Assembly: GCA_016699245.1 (NCBI GenBank)
Contig: CP064968.1
Span: 283,386-347,385 of the forward strand
Reading direction: 5' to 3'
DNA: 64,000 bases
DNA from: Candidatus Kaiserbacteria bacterium
Lineage (GTDB): Bacteria > Patescibacteriota > Minisyncoccia > Phycocordibacterales > UBA918
In this document: in pieces, positions 20,316-31,153 of the stretch
Layout of the letters: the number at the start of each line of letters is the position of its first letter
Position numbering within the stretch: position 1 is the stretch's first letter
The notes under the pieces: model-generated
What the model was told of the DNA's origin: nothing
What the model saw: the letters and a program-made list of their open reading frames with translations, nothing else
The model's database searches: none
Position numbers and translations under genes: made by a program

Positions 20316-21530
20316 TTAGATTGGTTTTCGCTTTTTTCTGTGGAATGTGATGGCGAAGCGATGTGACTCAGCATTCGCAAGCAAAATGGCGTCCTTGTGC
20401 TCTGCAATCATATTTTTGGGGCCTATACAGTGGTGTGGCTTGTGATGTTCGTCTTTTACCACCCCAACCACAGGAATAACGCTCATATTGCCTTCAAGCA
20501 CTCTGAGTGCCGCATTTCTTTGTGCTGTACTGCCATCTACCACAATAAGATCAGGTAGTGTCCATTCTTCGTGTTTTAAACGTCGTGTGAGTATCTCTGT
20601 AAGGGCTCTTGTGTCATCAGGGCCGTTACACTCTTTGATAATGAACTTGCGGTACTCCGATGGTACAGTTTCGCCTCTATTAACCACCGTCATTACACCC
20701 ACCATTGCATCTCCCTGCATATGAGCCACGTCGTACGCTTCAATGCGCATACTTTTGTTATCACGATACTCACGCACTTCCCGCTTTAAAAGTGACACAT
20801 CCTGTATATGATGTAGTGCAAAAATTTTCTTTTTGAGCACCAGTGCTTCTTCAAACTTTTGTGCGCGAGCTTTGCTGTGCATCTGCTTTTCAAGGTCCGC
20901 AACAATTTTCTCCTTTTTCCCCTCAAAAAACAGTCGAATATGCCGAATAGTCCGAGCATACTCTACTGGTGTACACTGCTCTGGATATAAGCCAATCTGT
21001 CTATTGAAATCCACTTTTCCCTTGTGCATTTTATTCTTATATGTATCGAGAGGAGCAACGATATCATAAAATTGAAAAAGTTTTCGAATAATTTTAAGTG
21101 CTTCTCTGAAAAGTGTACCGTTGGGAAAAGGGCCATACTCATGAGTATACGTATATGACGCCAAGTCTTTCCCCCGTACCACAAGTATACGGGGAAACTT
21201 TTCATCAGTGATGATAACGTGGTTAAAACTTTTATCGTCTTTTGAACGTGTATTGCACACTGGCTTATGTGTACGAATAAGATTGGTCTCGATGAGCATT
21301 GCCTCGAGTACTGAATCGGTCTGCATCCATTCAACCCGTACTGCATCTGCCACCATCTTCTCAATTACAAAACTCCTCTTTTTTGCAATATCATTTCCGA
21401 AATAACTTGCGAGCCGTTGTTTGAGTGACGTCGCTTTTCCTATATACAAAATATCTTTTTTGACACCCAAAAAGAAATACACCCCAGGGGTGTTAGGTAC
21501 ATCTTTCCAATGTATTTTCTCTCTTTGCAT
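20316..21530 (-). CDS. uvrC: Excinuclease ABC subunit C, short form. It has GIY-YIG, UVR and the RNase H-like endonuclease region, but no C-terminal (HhH)2 domain.
   Basis: GIY-YIG is PGVYFFLG...ILYIGKATSLKQRLASYF. The UvrC family region is RIEAYDVAHMQGDAMVGVMTVVNRGE ... ESHRFAITFHRKKR. Length is 404 aa against about 600 aa typical. Confidence 0.85.
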   Translation of the reverse strand: MQREKIHWKDVPNTPGVYFFLGVKKDILYIGKATSLKQRLASYFGNDIAKKRSFVIEKMVADAVRVEWMQTDSVLEAMLIETNLIRTHKPVCNTRSKDDKSFNHVIITDEKFPRILVVRGKDLASYTYTHEYGPFPNGTLFREALKIIRKLFQFYDIVAPLDTYKNKMHKGKVDFNRQIGLYPEQCTPVEYARTIRHIRLFFEGKKEKIVADLEKQMHSKARAQKFEEALVLKKKIFALHHIQDVSLLKREVREYRDNKSMRIEAYDVAHMQGDAMVGVMTVVNRGETVPSEYRKFIIKECNGPDDTRALTEILTRRLKHEEWTLPDLIVVDGSTAQRNAALRVLEGNMSVIPVVGVVKDEHHKPHHCIGPKNMIAEHKDAILLANAESHRFAITFHRKKRKPI

Positions 21531-21537
21531 GCATGAA

Positions 21538-24174
21538 TTAAAGCATTTCTTTCAGATATCTTCCTGTATGTGACTTAGGATTCGCTGCAATTTCCTCGGG
21601 TGTACCTTTTGCAACGAGTTGTCCGCCCCCTTCTCCTCCTTCTGGGCCAATATCAAGTACGTAGTCGGTACATTTGATAAGATCAAGGTTATGCTCAATG
21701 ACCATGACTGTATTACCGCGATTTACCAACTGCTGGAGAATCTCTATAAGTTTTTTCACATCTTCATAGTGAAGACCGATAGTAGGTTCATCAAGAAGGT
21801 ATATTGTTTTTTGAGTGTGTGGCCGATACAACTCAGATGCAATTTTAACACGCTGTGCCTCACCTCCTGAAAGGGTCGTGGCACTTTGTCCCAGTTCAAG
21901 ATAACTCAACCCCACATCGAGGAGTGAGCTGAGTCGCTCATGAATAGAGGGAACATCAATAAAAAATGCATCTGCCTCCTCAATAGTCATATGAAGTACT
22001 TCATAAATATTTTTTCCTTTGTAATACACCTCAAGAGTTTCTTTGGTGAAGCGTCTTCCGTCACATACATCACACGTCACAAAGACGGTAGGTAGAAAAT
22101 GCATCTCAACCGCAATTTCGCCGTTGCCTTGACATGCCTCACAACGTCCTCCTTTCACATTAAATGAAAAGCGTCCTGCCTTCCATCCACGTGCACGCGC
22201 CTCACCGGTGGCCGCAAAGAGGTCACGGATATGCGTAAATGCACCCGTGTACGTGGCGGGATTAGAACGTGGTGTGCGTCCTATGGGAGACTGATCTATG
22301 AGCACGGTGCGTCCAAGGTACTCAGTGCCGGTAAGGCTTGTCGCGTTATAGGTATGTGGTGTGCGAAATTTTTTGTCGAGACGAGAACGTAAATTACGAT
22401 GAAGAATTTCATACATAAAAGTAGATTTTCCACTTCCAGAAACTCCGGTGATAGAAATGAGACGTCCAAGCGGAATATCAACATTTAAATTCTTGATATT
22501 GAATGCCTTCCCCCCACGAATCTTAATGGAGCCCTTTTCACCATCTCGTCGCTCAGCAGGGATTTCTATTGCAGTCTCACGGCGCAAGTAAGAAAGGGTA
22601 AGTGAACCCGATGTATTTTTCTTTTCTGCAAGAAGTGCGTCGAGATAGCCACTGACCACCACTTCCCCACCATGAATACCCGCACCGGGACCAATATCGA
22701 CAAGATAGTCAGCGGCAAAAATAGTATCTTCATCATGTTCTACCACAATGATGGTATTGCCTAAATCACGAAGATGCGTGAGTGTTTGAATAAGCTTTTC
22801 GTTGTCACGTTGGTGAAGGCCGATAGTAGGCTCATCAAGAACATACATTGCACCCACGAGCCCAGAACCAAGTTGTGATGCGAGTCTGATGCGCTGGGCT
22901 TCCCCTCCTGAAAGTGTATTTGCACGACGATTCAAGGTAAGGTATTCAATACCCACATTTATCATAAAGTCGAGTCGTTCAATAACTTCACGAAGCGCGG
23001 GCCATGCGATATCTTGATCCTTCTTTGAAAGCTTTAGTTCAGAAACAAACTTCACGGCTTCGCCAATAGTCATATTGGTAAAATCGACGATATTTTTTCC
23101 AAGATTCTTTTTTCCATCTCCCCCTATATATACACGCATTGCCTCGGGACGAAGACGTGCACCCTTACACACCCCACACTCATCAGTATTGAAAATACCG
23201 GTCGTACCGAGCCCGTTACATTCCGGACACGCACCATATGGGGAGTTAAAAGAAAAGAGACGAGGCTCCACTTCAGGAAATGACGAACCATCAATTGGGC
23301 AGATAAATTTTGCTGAAAGAATTCGCTCCTCGCCATTTGGCGTACGCATTTTCACAAGACCATTCGACTCGCGGAGTGCAAGTTCTACCGCCTCAGAAAG
23401 GCGCTCACGTGCATTCTTTGGTGAATGGGAAAATTCGCTTACGTATATTTCGTCCACGAGCACGTCTATGTCATGACGTTTGTTCTTATTGAGAATGATT
23501 TTCTCACGGAGCATCTTGATTTCACCATCAATACGCACTGTCTCGTATCCTTTTGAGAGTAGGTCATACAGCATTTGGTAGTACTCGCCCTTTCGCCCCA
23601 CCACTACTGGAGAAAAAATTGAAACGCGCGCAGAACTTACCTCAACGCCCATCACATTTTTTGCACTGGGGTCATGCATATGTTTTATTTCACGGTCTTC
23701 AATAGATTTTAAAATAATCCCGAGGATTTCGTCCTGAGACAGTTTTTGTATTTGCACATCAGTGTCGAGGCAATACGGTTGGCCGATGCGCGCATACAGA
23801 ATACGAAGGTAATCGTAGATTTCTGTAATTGTTGCCACAGTTGAGCGAGGGTTCCGCGAGGCTGATTTTTGATCAATAGAGATCGCAGGCGAAAGTCCTG
23901 AAATTTCATCGACGTCGGGCTTTTGCATTTGCTTCAAAAACTGTCGTGCGTATGACGAAAGTGACTCCACATAGCGACGCTGTCCTTCAGCAAAAATAGT
24001 ATCGAACGCGAGCGAGGATTTCCCGCTTCCTGAAAGACCCGTAAAAACAACCATTTTATTACGTGGAATTTCTAAATTGATGTTTTTGAGATTATGCGTT
24101 CTCGCACCACGAATAATGATTTTTGGATCATTTGGTTCCTCCCATGATGTTTTAGTTTGTTTTTTCTGAGCCAT
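21538..24174 (-). CDS. uvrA: Excinuclease ABC subunit A.
   Basis: 878 aa with two ABC modules ([15 protein letters not shown] and [10 protein letters not shown]; LSGGEAQR twice) and zinc-finger Cys clusters. Confidence 0.97.
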   Translation of the reverse strand: MAQKKQTKTSWEEPNDPKIIIRGARTHNLKNINLEIPRNKMVVFTGLSGSGKSSLAFDTIFAEGQRRYVESLSSYARQFLKQMQKPDVDEISGLSPAISIDQKSASRNPRSTVATITEIYDYLRILYARIGQPYCLDTDVQIQKLSQDEILGIILKSIEDREIKHMHDPSAKNVMGVEVSSARVSIFSPVVVGRKGEYYQMLYDLLSKGYETVRIDGEIKMLREKIILNKNKRHDIDVLVDEIYVSEFSHSPKNARERLSEAVELALRESNGLVKMRTPNGEERILSAKFICPIDGSSFPEVEPRLFSFNSPYGACPECNGLGTTGIFNTDECGVCKGARLRPEAMRVYIGGDGKKNLGKNIVDFTNMTIGEAVKFVSELKLSKKDQDIAWPALREVIERLDFMINVGIEYLTLNRRANTLSGGEAQRIRLASQLGSGLVGAMYVLDEPTIGLHQRDNEKLIQTLTHLRDLGNTIIVVEHDEDTIFAADYLVDIGPGAGIHGGEVVVSGYLDALLAEKKNTSGSLTLSYLRRETAIEIPAERRDGEKGSIKIRGGKAFNIKNLNVDIPLGRLISITGVSGSGKSTFMYEILHRNLRSRLDKKFRTPHTYNATSLTGTEYLGRTVLIDQSPIGRTPRSNPATYTGAFTHIRDLFAATGEARARGWKAGRFSFNVKGGRCEACQGNGEIAVEMHFLPTVFVTCDVCDGRRFTKETLEVYYKGKNIYEVLHMTIEEADAFFIDVPSIHERLSSLLDVGLSYLELGQSATTLSGGEAQRVKIASELYRPHTQKTIYLLDEPTIGLHYEDVKKLIEILQQLVNRGNTVMVIEHNLDLIKCTDYVLDIGPEGGEGGGQLVAKGTPEEIAANPKSHTGRYLKEML

Positions 24175-24234
24175 AGCATGAGGCCATATGTTGGCGCATA
24201 TGGATATGTAGATACGATTATACAGGAAAATATA

Positions 24235-25623
24235 CTATTTTGAAGTGTGTGGTTCCCTGAGATAGGTCACCTTAGGAAGGGTGATTACCACATGAGTGCC
24301 GACACCCTTGATTGATTCCACTGCAATAGAGCCTCCCATGAGTTCAATGAGTTGTTTTGTAATCCACATACCTAAGCCGGTGCCCACGGTATTATCAACT
24401 TCAGCAATTTGCACACGGAAAAATGGGGCAAAAAGATTTTTTTGATTCTCTGCGCTGATGCCCATGCCGGTATCTTTTACACGAATCTCTAAACGATCAT
24501 CTCTATCTTCAATAGAAAGCGTTATAGAGCCTGCTTGTGTATACTTGATAGCATTACTGACAAGATTTGTAAGTGCTTGGTGAAAACGCTTTTTGTCAAT
24601 AAACATCTTAATGGGGTATATTTTGTTTATAGGGTATATTTTTGTATCTTGTGTGAGTGCAATATTTTTTTCTTTTGCAATAGGTTGCATTATCTCTAAA
24701 ACAGCAGACACAACTTCTTGAATATTGGTATCAGAAGATGTAATAGATAATTTTCCTGAGTGAATACGCGCTACATCGAGAAGATCGTTCACCACAAGCA
24801 CAAGCCGTTCTGCAGCGTCTTCAATATTATGCGCATATTTACGCATCTCATCAGAAACGTCTTTGTTTTCAACAATCATACTCGCAAAGCCACGCATCGC
24901 GGTAAGTGGTGCTCTGAGTTCATGCGCAATCATGTTGGTAAACATATCCTTCATTTCATTAGCTTTTTTTGATTCAGCATACAAATACGAATAGTCAATG
25001 AGTCGTACATGACGAAGTACGAGTAGTAACACAACTGCAAGTAGCCCAAAAAGCCAATAATAGGCATTGATGATGCGAGAGGCAAAAAGTGCATCTGTAT
25101 GCACGAGCGATGTCTCGGTAAATATATAATAATCATCACCAGTATCTGCCTTAACGACTCGATAACTTAACCAATAGCGGACTCCATCACGAGCTTGTGG
25201 CTTTGTCGTGGAACGGTTTGGGTCCGCGTTTGCAACACGATACTCAGTTGGATTTTCAACAATGGTTCCTATCTGAGAAATATCAAGCGATGCAACCACA
25301 TCAAGATATGGGCCATTTTCGCGGGCAACGACAAAATTAATTATGTCTTCATTGAGTTGTGCAATGCGTGTTAATTCACTTTGCATGACATTCTGATCAT
25401 ACTTCGCAGTATCCATAAGTGATTTATAGACGTCATGCATCATACCAATCCTGTCCTTTTCAAGTCTTTCTTGATTGTCGCGAGCAGCATTCAAAAATTG
25501 CAATCCACTCGCTACAAATGCGATTGGTATGACACACATCAAAACAATAGTCATGAGTAATTCAGGATGTTTTCGCACATATCGGTAACCACTTATAATG
25601 AGTGAGAAAGCAGATTGAATCAT
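24235..25623 (-). CDS. Sensor histidine kinase. Orphan, with no response regulator in the window.
   Basis: Two transmembrane helices flanking a sensor domain of about 150 aa. HisKA is MIAHELRAPLTAMRGF. The HATPase_c domain has DTGMGIS and GTGLGMWI motifs. Confidence 0.9.
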   Translation of the reverse strand: MIQSAFSLIISGYRYVRKHPELLMTIVLMCVIPIAFVASGLQFLNAARDNQERLEKDRIGMMHDVYKSLMDTAKYDQNVMQSELTRIAQLNEDIINFVVARENGPYLDVVASLDISQIGTIVENPTEYRVANADPNRSTTKPQARDGVRYWLSYRVVKADTGDDYYIFTETSLVHTDALFASRIINAYYWLFGLLAVVLLLVLRHVRLIDYSYLYAESKKANEMKDMFTNMIAHELRAPLTAMRGFASMIVENKDVSDEMRKYAHNIEDAAERLVLVVNDLLDVARIHSGKLSITSSDTNIQEVVSAVLEIMQPIAKEKNIALTQDTKIYPINKIYPIKMFIDKKRFHQALTNLVSNAIKYTQAGSITLSIEDRDDRLEIRVKDTGMGISAENQKNLFAPFFRVQIAEVDNTVGTGLGMWITKQLIELMGGSIAVESIKGVGTHVVITLPKVTYLREPHTSK

Positions 25624-28298
25624 GAAGTACGTGAAGTTTTTAAGACTGTTTTTTTACTGCGGGTAAATGCACCAATGAGCAACAACACTAAGCCGAGTGA
25701 AACAATAATAACCGATGCAATAAAAATCATATTGTTTTTATTTGTAAAACTAGGTTGTGCATTTTGTGCCTCGAGGGCAGCACTCATTGCGTCTGCTCTG
25801 GTAAACGCATCTGCAGTTTTTACAAATGGTAGTGGGTTACTTTTTGCAATGACACTACCTGCATTGTCAATGATTGTTAAATATATTTCATGCTCACCAT
25901 TTTCGAGTTCTTTGTCAAAAATGTAATTCCAACTTCCGTCACTTCGTGTCTTAACCGTAACCATGATAGGTGTGCTATAGACATAAAGTGTAACAAAACT
26001 ATTTGGCAGAGCAGACCCTGAAATAAATGCTCGTGTTTTTTGCTCTGGAGTATCGGGTGTAAGAGTGGTCAAGGTATCAATAGTGAGCAAGTCTTCACGG
26101 ACAATACCTGTTTCTTTTGGAGATTGATATGCAACGAGAGCTTCAGGATTGCTATTGTGAGGATTATACCCTAGAGTAATTTCTGAACTGTCAATGAATC
26201 CATCACCATCGGTATCTGCAGCAAATGGATTTGTTTTATACAGACTTATCTCATCATAGTCGGTAATGCCATCTTTATCGGAATCGTTCGTAATAGCATC
26301 ACCCACACGTTCTTTTATAATAGCTTCATTTTTTAATGTAAACTCTTGTAGCTCATTCGTTATTTGAGAAAGATAGGTATTAATTTGATCGATAAGTTCT
26401 TTTTTCTTAATACTTTCAGGAAGTTCTTGCACTGTATCATTTTTAAGTTTTTCAATATCCTCCTTTGCTTTAAAAACTCCATCAACATTTCCCGAACGTT
26501 GCGCGCTTGCAAGGGCATCCAAGTAAATATTGAGTTTCTTGCGATGCTGTTTTAAAATAGTACTTACATTTGAACGTGAACCTTCGTCAGGTTGAATTCT
26601 TGTTATAAACACATCAACTGGTTCAACATAAATAGTTGAACCATCAACCACATCATCCAGACCATCACTCAACGATGGTAAGTCTGATGCAATGTTCTTA
26701 AGCCCATCAATGACATCCTCTTGTTCAGGAGTAAATGCATCCATTACCTGATTACGTACAACTACTTCAAAACGAGAACTTTCAGTAAAGCCAAATGCTG
26801 TCTTAACACGTGAATGAATAATATAGGTACCATTTGGAGTTTGTGATGTGTCCCATTCGTACGACCAACTTGTTTCAGAAAGCTTCGTCGCTAGACCAAG
26901 AAAATATGTTGAAAAAGAATTACTAGAATTACTGTAGAACTCAACCCAATCAACGGGTGACGTAGAGACGTTAATGTATACAAAACCTGATACAGGGGAT
27001 GTTTCACTAAGTGAGAGTAGAATTATTGGCGCTATTGGTTTTTCTTCTGTCGTAGTAGCGAGGGGAGGTGGTACCACAGGATGGTTTGCAATTATCAAAT
27101 TTACTCGTGAACTTTCGACTATCTTACCATTCACGATAGCGCGTATAAAAAAGTCATATTCGCCATCAGGTAAAAGTTCTGACTTCCAGTTGAGCCCCCA
27201 TTCATTGCCATTACGGTTTGTTGCAAGCCCAACGTAATACAACGCTCTTGATTTGATATTGTGTGCATGTATGGTTATTCGAGTAGCGTTATCGACAACA
27301 ACCTTAAACTCCATCGCTTTTGTAATTATTCCTGTTTTTGAAGTTGTGAACTTGATTGATGATTCACTTTCGTTTATAGGTGAGTCCTCGCTTGTGCTCG
27401 CTATCGCTCCAATATCATTCGCATTTGTCTCGGAATCTTTTGATATTTCTGGAGTATTATTTCGAACATCATAAACTTCAAGACCGGTATAGTCATATGT
27501 TGTGTCATGATTCATTACGACTACTTTGATACGGTATTCGGCATTGTTGAATTTTGTTGTATCCCAATAAATCCTCCATGTGTTTTCGTCTACCTTCTGT
27601 GCACTGCCGAGAACGATAGACTGTGTCGAATTCCGATTATCAAGAATTACTTTAACACTTGAACTTTGTGGTACGGTAATTGTAATGGGGACGGTTCCAC
27701 TGAGAAGTGGGCCACCTTCTATGAAAATGTTTGGTATTGGAGTTATATCCGTGAATCCAGCATCTGTTGCAGCATTTGTAGTAGAAGTTGCAGGTGTCTG
27801 AGTGAGAGCAGCGGTCTGTGAGCTACCGATAAAAGTTAGCATTGCATCGCTACTTGCTGGAGCACTAAGAAGTGAGAAAAATGTACCGACAAACATAAGG
27901 AAAAAACCAGCAATACGCGCGACAATCGGAAGCCTCTTTTCAGTAAGAATCGGAAAACGGAATGGTGATTGTATGGCTGGCTTCTCAAGTACAGAGGTAG
28001 AAATTACGGATACTGCTTGCTTGGAAGGTTTTTTAGTTTCTACTATCTTCGCTTTTAACACGGATTGGGCTATGGGTGCCTTTGATTTTTTAGTATTATT
28101 AGTTATGAGAATATGCAAATTTTTCGGCTCAGAATTTTTTTTGAGTTTTATAATTGTGGATTTCGGCTTAATGGGTAGCTTCATTACATTACTGGAGATT
28201 ATTTTTTTCTCCTCTTTTTTTTTAGATGCAGTAAGACGTCCTGGTGCTTTCACCGGGACTTTTGTTTTTGCTGTCGGTTTCATCACGCGGGCAGCCAT
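25620..28298 (-). CDS. Large surface protein, 892 aa. Lys-rich N-terminus, transmembrane helix, Ig-like beta domains, thrombospondin-type-3-like calcium-binding repeats and a C-terminal transmembrane anchor.
   Basis: DSDKDGITDYDE and DTDGDGFIDSSE are Dx(D/N)xDG repeats. Transmembrane helix near residue 130 (IAGFFLMFVGTFFSLL) and a C-terminal IFIASVIIVSLGLVLLLIGAF. The stop overlaps the histidine kinase start (ATGA). Confidence 0.6.
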   Translation of the reverse strand: MAARVMKPTAKTKVPVKAPGRLTASKKKEEKKIISSNVMKLPIKPKSTIIKLKKNSEPKNLHILITNNTKKSKAPIAQSVLKAKIVETKKPSKQAVSVISTSVLEKPAIQSPFRFPILTEKRLPIVARIAGFFLMFVGTFFSLLSAPASSDAMLTFIGSSQTAALTQTPATSTTNAATDAGFTDITPIPNIFIEGGPLLSGTVPITITVPQSSSVKVILDNRNSTQSIVLGSAQKVDENTWRIYWDTTKFNNAEYRIKVVVMNHDTTYDYTGLEVYDVRNNTPEISKDSETNANDIGAIASTSEDSPINESESSIKFTTSKTGIITKAMEFKVVVDNATRITIHAHNIKSRALYYVGLATNRNGNEWGLNWKSELLPDGEYDFFIRAIVNGKIVESSRVNLIIANHPVVPPPLATTTEEKPIAPIILLSLSETSPVSGFVYINVSTSPVDWVEFYSNSSNSFSTYFLGLATKLSETSWSYEWDTSQTPNGTYIIHSRVKTAFGFTESSRFEVVVRNQVMDAFTPEQEDVIDGLKNIASDLPSLSDGLDDVVDGSTIYVEPVDVFITRIQPDEGSRSNVSTILKQHRKKLNIYLDALASAQRSGNVDGVFKAKEDIEKLKNDTVQELPESIKKKELIDQINTYLSQITNELQEFTLKNEAIIKERVGDAITNDSDKDGITDYDEISLYKTNPFAADTDGDGFIDSSEITLGYNPHNSNPEALVAYQSPKETGIVREDLLTIDTLTTLTPDTPEQKTRAFISGSALPNSFVTLYVYSTPIMVTVKTRSDGSWNYIFDKELENGEHEIYLTIIDNAGSVIAKSNPLPFVKTADAFTRADAMSAALEAQNAQPSFTNKNNMIFIASVIIVSLGLVLLLIGAFTRSKKTVLKTSRTS

Positions 28299-28355
28299 AT
28301 CGTTCTACTAGTATACCGTGAAGAAGACCTGTGCAGGTGTGTGGACTGTCAATAA

Positions 28356-30410
28356 CTATTTCTTTTTCTTAAGTGCCTCAAGTGATAGGATTTCGTCGCG
28401 CAGGATTGCTGCAGTTTCAAAATCGAGCTCTTTCACTGCTTCCGCCATTTGCGCTTGTTTCTCCTTAATTACTGCTTTTGGGTTCTTCAAATAGAGTTCA
28501 GTATCTATAGTGAGGAGTGTTGATACTGCTTTACTATGCTCGCTGCGCATTTCTGCAGTAATATCTTTAATTTCTTTTGCTATTGTAACGGGGGTAATGT
28601 TGTGCTTTTTGTTATATGCAAGTTGAATTTCTCTGCGACGATTAGTTTCACTGATGGCATAGGTAAGTGCGGGGGTCATTTCGTCTGCATAGAGGAGTAC
28701 ACGCCCATTCACATTCCGCGCGGCGCGACCAATAGTCTGAATGAGCGATGTTTCCGAACGAAGAAAGCCGGATTTATCTGCATCAAGAATCGCAACGAGC
28801 TCTACTTCAGGAAGGTCGAGACCTTCACGAAGAAGGTTTACCCCCACCACACAATCAAACACACCCCTCCGGAAATCAGTAAGTATTTCAATACGTTCAA
28901 TAGTTTTTACATCACTATGAAGGTACTTAGAATTCACCCCACGCTCTGTGAGAAACTCGGAGAGGTCTTCAGCCATCTGTTTGGTAAGTGTAGTAACGAG
29001 AACGCGTGTCCCTTTTTTGATAGTCTTAACCGATTCTTCAATAAAATCTTTTACCTGCCCCGGATAGTCACCACGCTCAGTCACTGGACGTAAATCAATC
29101 ATAGGGTCAATCAACCCTGTAGGTCGAATAATTTGCTCTACAATTTGTCCTCCATTTTCAGGACCATGCGCGAATTCAAATTTCCCTGGTGTTGCTGATG
29201 TATATATACACTGCCCAACATTCTTTGAAAACTCGTCAAAAGTCAGTGGACGATTATCAATAGCGCTTGGTAGACGAAATCCATGCTCTACGAGCGTATT
29301 TTTACGAGAGCGGTCACCAGCGTACATTCCACCGATTTGCGGAATGGTGACATGTGATTCATCAATAATGGTAAGAAAATCAGGTGTACCATCTTGTGCA
29401 CGCGGAAAATAGGAAAGAAGTGTGTATGGCGGCTCCCCTGCTACGCGACCATCAAAATGTCGTGAGTAGTTTTCGATACCATTGCAGTATCCAACTTCAC
29501 GTATGAGGGCGAGGTCGTGGTCACTACGGCGCTTTAAACGCTGAGCCTCAAGCAGTTTCCCCTCTCTTTCAAACACCTTGAGTTGTGCATTGAGTTCATC
29601 TTGAATATCTTTGATTGCACGCTTCCTCTCTGCTTCAGGTGTCACAAAGTGTTTTGCAGGAAAAAGGAAAAATGACTCACAGATTTCAATAATGGAGCGC
29701 GAAAGCGCATCAATTTTTGTAATGTGTTGAATAGTATCTCCTGCAAACTCAAGACGATAAATCACCCGTTCGTTTGTCGGCATTATTTCTACAGTATTCC
29801 CTACTGAACGAAAATGCGCTGGCGTGAGGTCAGCATTGGTTCGTTCAAAATACATTCCCACAAGAAGTCTAAGTGCATCACCACGAGAAAGTATTGCCCC
29901 AACCTCAATCTTTTTATGAACTTTCTCATATTCGATAGGAGAACCGAGACCATAGATACATGACACTGATGCAACGATGATTACATCTTTGCGGGTGAGC
30001 AGTGCCTGCGTGGATGCATGGCGGAGTCTATCAATCTCATCGTTAATCATCGCCTCCTTTTCAATGTAGGTGTCAGAAATAGGCATGTACGCCTCAGGTT
30101 GGTAATAATCGTAGTATGAAACAAAGTAATGCACCGCATTGTTGGGAAAAAAGTCTCGATACTCCTGTGCGAGTTGTGCAGCGAGCGTTTTATTGTGTGC
30201 AATCACCAACGAGGGCTTTTGAATTTGGGCAATCACATTTGCTGCGGTGTACGTCTTCCCTGAGCCGGTCACACCCAAGAGCGTCTGGTGGCGCATACCA
30301 GACTTGATTCCCTGCACAAGCTTTTTAATAGCCTCCGGCTGATCGCCTGCAGGCGTTTTGTCAGTTGCTAATTCAAATTCCATATCTGTGAGTATACATT
30401 CAGATTGCAC
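28356..30410 (-). CDS. uvrB: Excinuclease ABC subunit B.
   Basis: 684 aa. GVTGSGKTYT Walker A, the beta-hairpin region YFVSYYDYYQPEAY and a C-terminal UVR domain. Confidence 0.97.
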   Translation of the reverse strand: MQSECILTDMEFELATDKTPAGDQPEAIKKLVQGIKSGMRHQTLLGVTGSGKTYTAANVIAQIQKPSLVIAHNKTLAAQLAQEYRDFFPNNAVHYFVSYYDYYQPEAYMPISDTYIEKEAMINDEIDRLRHASTQALLTRKDVIIVASVSCIYGLGSPIEYEKVHKKIEVGAILSRGDALRLLVGMYFERTNADLTPAHFRSVGNTVEIMPTNERVIYRLEFAGDTIQHITKIDALSRSIIEICESFFLFPAKHFVTPEAERKRAIKDIQDELNAQLKVFEREGKLLEAQRLKRRSDHDLALIREVGYCNGIENYSRHFDGRVAGEPPYTLLSYFPRAQDGTPDFLTIIDESHVTIPQIGGMYAGDRSRKNTLVEHGFRLPSAIDNRPLTFDEFSKNVGQCIYTSATPGKFEFAHGPENGGQIVEQIIRPTGLIDPMIDLRPVTERGDYPGQVKDFIEESVKTIKKGTRVLVTTLTKQMAEDLSEFLTERGVNSKYLHSDVKTIERIEILTDFRRGVFDCVVGVNLLREGLDLPEVELVAILDADKSGFLRSETSLIQTIGRAARNVNGRVLLYADEMTPALTYAISETNRRREIQLAYNKKHNITPVTIAKEIKDITAEMRSEHSKAVSTLLTIDTELYLKNPKAVIKEKQAQMAEAVKELDFETAAILRDEILSLEALKKKK

Positions 30411-30412
30411 AT

Positions 30413-30446
30413 AAAAAAAGCCGGTCTGTTATGCGGACCGGCTTTT
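30413..30446 (-). terminator. Intrinsic terminator for the HD-domain gene.
   Basis: AAAAAAA-GCCGGTCT-gttatgc-GGACCGGC-TTTT. Confidence 0.7.
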
Positions 30447-30453
30447 GAAGCCA

Positions 30454-31101
30454 CTACTTGTTCCAAGATTTTTCAACCTCTCGTATAGCACATTCAAGTT
30501 CGTGGATGAGAATGGTGTGCTCTTCAGCAAGAGGTATATAGAAATCATATGTTTCTTGAATCTTCCTTTGTTGCTTTTCCGTTTCATGAGCCCAAAGTGT
30601 CATGATGTTGTGGAGTCGATCGGCCAGTTTGATCATTATGGGTCGTCGTGGTGCAGATTGTAAATGCACGTGATACAGTGCATTCCGCTTCTTTTTATCT
30701 CCACCAAAGTCTACAATGTCAAACTTTGTGACCCACCACACAAGTTCCGCGATATCTTTATTATACGCAAATTGGATATATTCATCATTCCACCCAAGAT
30801 GGGGCAAGTCCTCAACATTGTCATGCAAAATTGCAGCAGCGATTACATGTGGGTCACGAATGCGTAAATGTTCCAAAAGTATGATTGCTACCGCTTCAGG
30901 GTGCCCAAAGTAGGGTGAACCACCGTCACGTTTGATATCTTCAAAAGCGCACATCGTTTCGTCGTACGCTTTTTCAATTAGACTGTATCCAATACTCCCT
31001 TTGAGGAAATACAGGCGAAGACGTCTGAAGAATTCATCTTTTGACTGATACATCAAAATCAGATTGCGAATACCTTCGAGCATGGAAGTTCCTTTCGTCA
31101 A
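30454..31101 (-). CDS. HD-domain (p)ppGpp pyrophosphohydrolase-like protein (small alarmone hydrolase, SpoT/Mesh1-type HD domain only).
   Basis: FGHPEAVAIILLE...AAILHDNVEDL...LIKLADRLHNIMTL corresponds to the RelA/SpoT HD hydrolase motifs. 215 aa with no synthetase domain. Confidence 0.7.
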   Translation of the reverse strand: MTKGTSMLEGIRNLILMYQSKDEFFRRLRLYFLKGSIGYSLIEKAYDETMCAFEDIKRDGGSPYFGHPEAVAIILLEHLRIRDPHVIAAAILHDNVEDLPHLGWNDEYIQFAYNKDIAELVWWVTKFDIVDFGGDKKKRNALYHVHLQSAPRRPIMIKLADRLHNIMTLWAHETEKQQRKIQETYDFYIPLAEEHTILIHELECAIREVEKSWNK

Positions 31102-31153
31102 AAATCAACCGAATGGATTAAACCATAGAATGCGTTAAACGTACATACAGGTA

